Below, in pieces: positions 27,021-33,331 of a DNA stretch of 33,331 nucleotides. The notes under the pieces were generated by a model. It was not told the origin of the DNA, searched no databases, and saw nothing but the letters and a program-made list of their open reading frames with translations. A program made the translations under genes and the position numbers. Numbering within the stretch: position 1 is the stretch's first letter; each line of letters begins with the position of its first letter. This stretch comes from a bacterium. Its GTDB lineage: Bacteria; UBA6262; WVXT01. The DNA lies in contig JBHIBS010000018.1 of assembly GCA_046759165.1 (NCBI GenBank), positions 1 to 33,331 of the forward strand, written 5' to 3'.

Positions 27021-27769
27021 AACTTTAACTTTTTCATTAATCTACCAACTACTTGGAAAGCAGGAGATTCCGATGGAAGAGAAAGAAGGTCTTCCTCCTT
27101 TTCAGAAGCCTCAAGGACCAAATGGTCCTCGGGTATATTTTCCAATAACGATAATCTATCCGGTATCCCTCCTGAAATGAGAGAAGAGATGTCTTTAGAT
27201 TTCGCTACTCGATTGATAATTAAATATATATCTTTTACTTTCAGTTTTATCTGCAGAGCAATTTCCTGAATTCTTGCTCCAGACCTGATACTTACTAAAG
27301 TGGGTTCACTGGTAATAAGTAACACATCCACACCATCGGTTGTTCTCCTGCTCAAATGTTCCATTCCAGCTTCATTGTCAATAACTACATATTCATACTG
27401 TTTAGAAATTCTGGAGAGATATTGCCTGAGAAGATTATTCACTGCACAGTAACAGCCAGGACCCTCTGGCCGACCCATCACCAAGAGGTCAACTCTATCA
27501 CCCTCAACCAGACACTGGTGTAAGCGATAATCGAAAAAATCAGTTTTCGACATCCCTGAAGGAACTTCTTTAGCCAGAACCTCTTCTCTGAGATCGGCTA
27601 TAGTCTCTCCAAATTTCATACCCAGACCCACGTTCAGATTAGAATTCGGGTCAGCATCAACTGCCAGAATAGGTCCCTTATTCTGTCTGATGAGGTGGAG
27701 AATAATTAGAGTGGCTAAAGTCGTCTTGCCACTTCCGCCCTTACCCGCCACTGCAATAGTAAAAGCCAT
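27017..27769 (-). CDS. cooC: CODH/ACS nickel-insertion ATPase CooC/AcsF
   Basis: GKGGSGKTT, DADPN, GPGCYC, DNEAGMEHLSR. Confidence 0.93.
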   Translation of the reverse strand: MAFTIAVAGKGGSGKTTLATLIILHLIRQNKGPILAVDADPNSNLNVGLGMKFGETIADLREEVLAKEVPSGMSKTDFFDYRLHQCLVEGDRVDLLVMGRPEGPGCYCAVNNLLRQYLSRISKQYEYVVIDNEAGMEHLSRRTTDGVDVLLITSEPTLVSIRSGARIQEIALQIKLKVKDIYLIINRVAKSKDISSLISGGIPDRLSLLENIPEDHLVLEASEKEEDLLSLPSESPAFQVVGRLMKKLKL

Positions 27770-27790
27770 AATTGCCCACCACACAAACAG

Positions 27791-27822
27791 TTGATAGCTT
27801 TATAAGTTTATAAGTTGATAAG
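27791..27822. repeat. Short degenerate 8-bp tandem repeat (x4)
   Basis: TTGATAGC TTTATAAG TTTATAAG TTGATAAG. Confidence 0.6.
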
Positions 27823-27841
27823 TATCTTCCTCATTAACGTA

Positions 27842-29791
27842 TCAACTTATCAATCTTTTCTCCACGCTGGGGAAGAGACTTATATCTGTATGTGGCAAAA
27901 AAAGTGAAGCAGTATAGTTGTTCATAAATTCTGGAACTGTGCTCAAATCGATGTAGGTCATCCTCCCAGCAATCTTTTCTGCCTTTCTCATCGCCTCTTG
28001 AGACAGGAGACACATCTTTGTTCCAGCAATGGCGCTATTGCCAATGAAGGTAAATTTTTCTGGATGAATGTCGGGTAGAAGTCCAATCATAATTGCTTTC
28101 TCCACGTCTAAAGCTGTTCCCAATCCGCCGGCAATGAGAACGTGTTCTAAATCCTGGAAACTCAATCCCACCCGTTTCAATAGAACTTCAGCTCCGGAAT
28201 ATATTGCTCCCTTTGAATGTATCAGGTTCTTTATGTCAGTCTCAGTTATAACGATGTCCTGTCCCACAGCGGAATCCCTCGATTCTGCCAGGAGGAATTC
28301 CAGGCCATCTTCTCCCTCCCTTATTCGCTTCGATAATTGAGGAATTAGCTTACCTGCCCTGTTAAGCTTGCCACTTCCCAGGAGCTCAGCCACACAGTCG
28401 ACCAGTCCAGCACCACAGATACCCTTGGGTTTCTCTTCTCCGATGGTATGGAGATTGACGCCATCCCCGGAAGTATCTATCTCCACTCTCTGGATAGCTC
28501 CCTTCATAGCTCGAATCCCCCACTTTATTCCCCCACCTTCAAAACAGGGCCCAGCAGAAGTCGAACAGCAGACCAACCAATCTCGATTTCCCAGGACTAC
28601 CTCACCATTTGTGCCCATATCTATAAATAGTCCCAGAGTTGGCAAATCATCCAATCCCGAAGCTAAAACGCCAGCCGTTATATCCCCGCCAACGTAGCTA
28701 CTCACTCCAGGAATGCAACATAGGAGCCCCCTGGGATTGATCTTGATCCCTGCCTCCGCAGCCCTTATAACAGGAATGAAACTGGCAGTGGGGACATACG
28801 GTTCCTTTCGTAAGTATTCTGGAGGAACTCGCAACAAAAGGTGAATCATGGTTGTGTTGCCGGCACAAGCAACGCCATTAATATCGTTGAGGGTTAGATT
28901 TTGTTCCAGAGCCATTCCTAGAATGAGATTGTTAATTGCATCTATTACCACATGATGCAACTTCTCTATCCCATCCTCTTCCTGAGCGAAAATTATTCGG
29001 GAGATAACGTCCTCACCAAAATCTACCTGAGGATTATAGCAAGCCTTTGCACTCAGGATATGACGCTCTGTCAAGTTGACCAGATAAGCCACTATTGTCG
29101 TTGTCCCGATATCTACTGCCACACCATAGTTCTTATTAGTCGTATCTCCGGGCTCAATTAGAACCACTTCAGTAGTCTCATTTCGCTTACCAAGGGTGGC
29201 GGTCACTTTCCAGCCGCTATCTCGCAGAAGCTTGCTCAATTTTTTAATATTGGCTAAGCCCATCTGCATAATCGGAATTTCCCGTCCCTTTCTCATCTCC
29301 CGATAGAGCCGTTCCAGATCGCCAACATTATCTTCCAAGGTGGGGGGAGAAAGTTCCAAGTACAGCTTGGTTGAAAGGGGACCATGAGTAAACACTCTCT
29401 CCAAAGCCACTTCGGGTCCCTTCTCCACCTCTTCTGCTGGTGTATAAAGTCCCAGTAGCCTCTTTGCCTTTGCCTCCTCAGTAAGAATCTCCAAACCCTC
29501 CAGGCGAGTTTCGGGAGGTACTTCAATATCCATTCTTCCCCTGCAGGTAGTCCGGCAAGCAAGAACATAGCCCCTCTTCCTCTCTTCAGCACTCAAACGT
29601 CCCGTTGGTTCAGTCATGACCTCACCCTTTCTGACAATGACCTTGCACCGACCACAGACCCCCTCGCCTCCACAGCTATTATAAATATGGACACCTGCTC
29701 TTATTGCTGCAGTCAACAGATCAGTCCCACCAGGAACAGTTACTTCCTTTTTCCAGGGATAAAAGACTATCCTACATTTCTCCATAATCAC
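27842..29791 (-). CDS. acsV: Corrinoid reductive activator (RACo/AcsV; [2Fe-2S] + ASKHA)
   Basis: CGGEGVCGRC..LAC, DIGTTT, DMGTNGE, GPCFEG, GICGAG. Confidence 0.93.
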   Translation of the reverse strand: MIMEKCRIVFYPWKKEVTVPGGTDLLTAAIRAGVHIYNSCGGEGVCGRCKVIVRKGEVMTEPTGRLSAEERKRGYVLACRTTCRGRMDIEVPPETRLEGLEILTEEAKAKRLLGLYTPAEEVEKGPEVALERVFTHGPLSTKLYLELSPPTLEDNVGDLERLYREMRKGREIPIMQMGLANIKKLSKLLRDSGWKVTATLGKRNETTEVVLIEPGDTTNKNYGVAVDIGTTTIVAYLVNLTERHILSAKACYNPQVDFGEDVISRIIFAQEEDGIEKLHHVVIDAINNLILGMALEQNLTLNDINGVACAGNTTMIHLLLRVPPEYLRKEPYVPTASFIPVIRAAEAGIKINPRGLLCCIPGVSSYVGGDITAGVLASGLDDLPTLGLFIDMGTNGEVVLGNRDWLVCCSTSAGPCFEGGGIKWGIRAMKGAIQRVEIDTSGDGVNLHTIGEEKPKGICGAGLVDCVAELLGSGKLNRAGKLIPQLSKRIREGEDGLEFLLAESRDSAVGQDIVITETDIKNLIHSKGAIYSGAEVLLKRVGLSFQDLEHVLIAGGLGTALDVEKAIMIGLLPDIHPEKFTFIGNSAIAGTKMCLLSQEAMRKAEKIAGRMTYIDLSTVPEFMNNYTASLFLPHTDISLFPSVEKRLIS

Positions 29792-29809
29792 ACTCGCCTT
29801 GGATTAATC

Positions 29810-29866
29810 GGGTTCGATGAATCGAACCCCTACAGTTAATATGCACGGGCTCAATTTATTGAGCCC
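29810..29866. repeat. Two REP hairpins
   Basis: GGGTTCGATGAATCGAACCC-CTAC (29810-29833) and GGGCTCAATTTATTGAGCCC lacking its foot (29847-29866). Confidence 0.85.
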
Positions 29867-29876
29867 GCCTTCCTTT

Positions 29877-31214
29877 TTATTGCCAAGTCTCTTTCAGATA
29901 CTTGGGGATTCCAGAACCCTCTTTCGGACCCACCAGAACTTCCCAGCCACTCTCATCTTCTAATTTTGCCTTCATTACAGCTACATAGCCAGGAATGATT
30001 ACTTTTTTATGAGAGAGTTTCTTCTCTACCTCTTCCTTCTTCATTGCCTCGGCAATCCCCTCGGGGGTAAATTTCTCAGCAGCCCAGGCAGTAAGGACAG
30101 AGAGACCTTCAGCTTCAACAATTAATAGATAAGACGGAATTTTACTTGCTTCAATCTCCGGCTGAACTGTAAAGAATGTAAGGGAAAAGTTTGTAGTTAC
30201 TAATAGCGGAGAATTTTCGTTCGGTGTGCCAATTTCATAAAGCTTGGGTTCAACCATTATCGGTTTTTGAGGATCAGTGTAGATATTCTGCCTCAGAGTA
30301 ATTAAAGGTAAAATCTCCTCCGGCTCAATTCTATCAAGCACCACAATGTTAGCATACTTGGCAATATAAGTGGCTGCCATAGAAACCTCCTGGTAAGGGT
30401 CACTATCTTTGACAAAGGCAATTACAGGATAACCAACGGGTCGGTAACCTCTCTTTAAAGCCAACCTCCTGAGCTGAGTAAAATCCTGAACAGATCCTGC
30501 CAGAGTTCTGGTTCCGGGATCGAGGACAGCATCTTTTACTCCGGAGGCAACTACCTTTTGGGAAAGGGAATCTAACTCCTCTAAATTTTTTCCATAAATT
30601 ACTAGGGGGCAGGAATATTTCTTAGCTAAATCTACCATCGCTTCTCGATTATCTTCCTTAGCCGAATAAATTAATGGTTTTCTCTCACCAGATATTTTCA
30701 AACCGGCCTCTAAGGCTTGGGGATTATTGGAGATTAAAATTAATGGCAAATTAGATTTTTCCATTACTTCTCTTACCACATCGCAAAATTTATCTGGATC
30801 ATTGCTTTCGTTAAAAATAGCAACAAGATTTACCTGAAGCGGTATACCTACCCTTTCAAATTTTAACTTATTGACCTTATCAATTCGCTGGAGAATCTTT
30901 TCCTTTTCCAGCGAGTCACTCAAAGTAATGCCAATAGCAGAGGGGTGGTAGAAGGTCTTCTCGTGCCGGAAGAGAACTGTCTCGCCACCAATCTCTACCC
31001 TGTTCTCTCCTATTCCAAGAGTAACTGTTGCCATAGGAGGAGCAGAAGCAGATTCCAGAGCAATCTTGGCCTCTTCTGTAATATCGGGGCACTTATCCAG
31101 CGAAGTCTTCTTTCCGGCCAAAGCCATAGCAAATGCTAAACAAGTGGGAAATCCACACTTCTTACAGTTCGTCTTCGGCAAATGCTTATAAATTTCCAGA
31201 CCCGTCAAAGCCAT
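29877..31214 (-). CDS. acsC: Corrinoid iron-sulfur protein large (gamma) subunit
   Basis: LPKTNCKKCGFPTCLAFA..CP, ETVLFRHEKTF, NIYTDPQKP, TTNFSLT, SVLTAWAA. Confidence 0.97.
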   Translation of the reverse strand: MALTGLEIYKHLPKTNCKKCGFPTCLAFAMALAGKKTSLDKCPDITEEAKIALESASAPPMATVTLGIGENRVEIGGETVLFRHEKTFYHPSAIGITLSDSLEKEKILQRIDKVNKLKFERVGIPLQVNLVAIFNESNDPDKFCDVVREVMEKSNLPLILISNNPQALEAGLKISGERKPLIYSAKEDNREAMVDLAKKYSCPLVIYGKNLEELDSLSQKVVASGVKDAVLDPGTRTLAGSVQDFTQLRRLALKRGYRPVGYPVIAFVKDSDPYQEVSMAATYIAKYANIVVLDRIEPEEILPLITLRQNIYTDPQKPIMVEPKLYEIGTPNENSPLLVTTNFSLTFFTVQPEIEASKIPSYLLIVEAEGLSVLTAWAAEKFTPEGIAEAMKKEEVEKKLSHKKVIIPGYVAVMKAKLEDESGWEVLVGPKEGSGIPKYLKETWQ

Positions 31215-31314
31215 AGTCTCCTCCGACAGAGGTACGGAATTATAGCATCCTGCTTCATTGGGTAGACTACATTCACCCTATTTGTGGCAGCAAAGCGTAA
31301 GCTTTGCCCTTCCT

Positions 31315-31392
31315 GTAGGGGACGGACTCTGTGCTGTCCCTCTCTTTGGGCGACCACCCTGCGGAGCGGGATAAACTGCGTGTCGCCCCTAC
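31315..31392. repeat. REPIN of a second GC-rich GTAG family, with an insert in one loop
   Basis: GTAG-GGGACGG..CTGTCCC (31315-31340) and GGGCGAC..GTCGCCC-CTAC (31348-31392); further hairpin GCAAAGC-GTAA-GCTTTGC at 31290-31307. Confidence 0.7.
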
Positions 31393-31441
31393 ATTCCAGA
31401 GATTCGCTCTGCTTCCACAACAGTAACACTTAAAAGATTTG

Positions 31442-31460
31442 TAAAGAGCTTCGCTCTTTA
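31442..31460 (-). terminator. Hairpin directly after the ACT gene stop (terminator or stabiliser)
   Basis: TAAAGAGC-GAA-GCTCTTTA on minus; U-tract is weak. Confidence 0.4.
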
Positions 31461-31461
31461 G

Positions 31462-31878
31462 TTACTCTCCCGCAGATGGGATAGTGGTGAGGACCTTTAT
31501 TGCTTTCTCGTTGTCGCTTGAATTGAACACGAGGAGTGCCATGGTGCCATTACCAGTGGAACCATAACATTTCTTTAGATTCACTCCGGCATCCGCCAAT
31601 TTCTTAGCCATTATTTTTGCTGCGCCAACTTCATTTTCTAGTTCAACAGCTACAGCCTCTTCTTGACTCACTCCAAAACCGGCAGACTTGAGCGCCTGCT
31701 CTGCTTTTGAATTGTCCTCCGTGAGGAGCCTAAAATAACCCTTACCTTCTTCGGCATAGGCAGAGAGGGCTCTAATGTTCACTCCCGCATCCGAAATTGC
31801 CGAGCAGACCTTTGCCATCATGCCCACTTCATCGGCAGTCTCCACAATTAAATGGTTGACTCTGGTCGCTTTAGCCAT
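31462..31878 (-). CDS. Tandem ACT-domain protein
   Basis: Two repeats of (D/N)EVG..AK/KI....DAGVN(I/L); SD GGAGGT before ATG 31878. Confidence 0.85.
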   Translation of the reverse strand: MAKATRVNHLIVETADEVGMMAKVCSAISDAGVNIRALSAYAEEGKGYFRLLTEDNSKAEQALKSAGFGVSQEEAVAVELENEVGAAKIMAKKLADAGVNLKKCYGSTGNGTMALLVFNSSDNEKAIKVLTTIPSAGE

Positions 31879-32030
31879 AATCTCACCTCCTTTCGCTTCG
31901 CCGTTCTTTTGCAACAAAAGTTGCTTGATTTTTCTTCCTCCTTTCGGTATAGAGAGTAAATACTAAACTTTTAGGTTAATTTAACCCTCATATTTTTACA
32001 CCCCTTTTTGGGGACCGAAAGGAGGCTTAC

Positions 32031-33137
32031 ATGCCATTTATTAAAACTACTGTCCAAAGACCAAACTGTCCTAAATGTGGGTCATCAACTCATTGCTTCG
32101 GACTGGATAAAGAAACCAAACTCCAGAAGTTCCGTTGTAAAAATCCTAACTGCCGCAAGCAATTCGCCCCAGGTAAACCAACCAGACAGAAAAAATATCC
32201 CTCCTTTAAATGCCCTAAATGTGGATCACCTATGAGTATATTCAAACATCTCTCTGACGGCTTTAGACTACGTTGTAATAACCACATCTATCATGACCAA
32301 CGTCACTGTTCCCATAAGATTAATATCCCTTTACCCGGGAAACAGTTTAAAATTGCCAAAGATCCTATCGAATCAATTCAAGTTAACCTCCCGATTAATT
32401 TCACCTATAGTAAAATGCACTATTCTAAAGATACTGTCTCCCTTGCACTTTATTTCTCTATCTTTATGGCTATACCGGCTAAACAAGTTTCCCAAATGCT
32501 TGACCATATTTTTAAAGTAGCTCCATCGCACGATACAATCACCCGCTGGTCACATAAAGGCGTCTTATCTCTACACAAAAACCTTGGACCTTTATCTGTC
32601 CCTTTTTCTCTCCGTAAAAAACTCTTTACCGATGAAACTCAATTTAAACAAAGAGGGCAAAAACGCTGGCTCTGGCTAACTAAGGATTCTAAATTCGATT
32701 CCCTACAATCCTGGTTCTTAAGTCCTCGTCGTTCTACACAATTCGCTCGCTCTACTTTTAATATCGCTTTTGAAAACTCACCAGCTCTTAAATCGGCTAA
32801 AATCATTACCGACGGCCTTTGGTCTTATCCTTCTGCCTTAGAAGACCTTAATTTCGATGTCCACAAGAATCATCTGCGCTACATCGGCTTCTTTGAGCAC
32901 CCTCTTAATAATAACAATCGTCTTGAACGCCATTGGTCTACTCTGAAAGTCAAAGCACGCCCATTTAGAGGTTTTAAATCAGAACGTGGGTTATGGTGTT
33001 TTATTACCGGCCAAATCTATCTCCATAATTACTTCCAGCCCAACCAAAGACTCAAAGGACTTACTCCTGCAGAAACAGCCGGTGTTAAACTCCCTTACTG
33101 CCACTCTAAATGGAAGTTGTTCACCAGGTTCTTCTAA
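32031..33137 (+). mobile_element. DDE transposase (IS6/IS1-like) with N-terminal zinc ribbons
   Basis: CPKC..CKNPNC and CPKC..CNNH..CSH, HTH-like PSHDTITRW, catalytic TDET, TDGL, NNRLER, TPAETAG; SD AAGGAGG; element ends not resolved. Confidence 0.85.
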
Positions 33138-33271
33138 ACTTCCTCCTGCTTTGTAAATTTTCAAAGACCCTCTATCTCTATTACCTCTGAACTATCCCCG
33201 ACTTTAGCTTAAATGCATCTCTTGGCCTTGACTTGGTCTCTGTTTTTTGTTATTTTTTACTTAGTTAACCC

Positions 33272-33291
33272 CTCTCCTGCTGAAAGGAGAG
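33272..33291. other. Hairpin CTCTCCT-GCTGAA-AGGAGAG
   Basis: 7-bp perfect stem; either a terminator of an off-window minus-strand gene or part of a plus-strand leader. Confidence 0.35.
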
Positions 33292-33331
33292 AAAGTTACT
33301 TGCCTTTTTCATTCATTTTGCGAAAGAACCC

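Noticed and set aside
10067-29866. CRISPR interpretation of the palindromic repeats
   Set aside because: Dispersed and inverted rather than a regularly spaced direct-repeat array; no cas genes
31205-31429. 74-aa minus-strand ORF upstream of acsC
   Set aside because: Made of REP/REPIN sequence; likely spurious
215-32520. Numerous short antisense and alternate-frame ORFs in the track (e.g. 7008-7457, 25474-26013, 26401-26904)
   Set aside because: Shadow ORFs overlapping well-supported genes
33228-33331. Partial minus-strand CDS end (..GFFRKMNEKGK-stop at 33296) versus plus-strand promoter TTGACT-N17-TATTTT
   Set aside because: Too little sequence at the window edge to choose; neither reported as a feature

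Overview
Anaerobic bacterial genomic window. The lineage cannot be fixed from sequence; a porin implies a diderm, possibly an acetogen-like candidate phylum such as Ca. Aerophobetes or Omnitrophota. Almost all genes lie on the minus strand. In transcription order: a tandem-ACT protein, then a Wood-Ljungdahl methyl-transfer block (acsC, acsV, cooC/acsF, acsD, acsE), mobA, fdhD and rex. Next, a consensus promoter and a perfect Rex box precede a large operon: an AsrA/AsrB (HydB/HydG, Flx)-like NAD(P)H:flavin module, a polyferredoxin, a complete Mrp-coupled group 4 [NiFe] hydrogenase with two antiporter-like subunits, its protease and hypA. These are followed by nikR, a porin, nikKMLQO, and then hypF-hypC-hypD behind a promoter / structured RNA / terminator leader. 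A DDE transposase with N-terminal zinc ribbons lies on the plus strand at the right end. Intergenic spaces carry GTAG-footed REP/REPIN hairpins, an intact TTAA-flanked MITE and composite G.A-rich foldback elements. Best candidates for novelty: (1) a Rex-controlled, NAD(P)H-module-coupled ion-translocating hydrogenase next to acs genes; (2) a possible undescribed attenuator/riboswitch ahead of hypF; (3) the repeat families. No database searches or folding programs were run.
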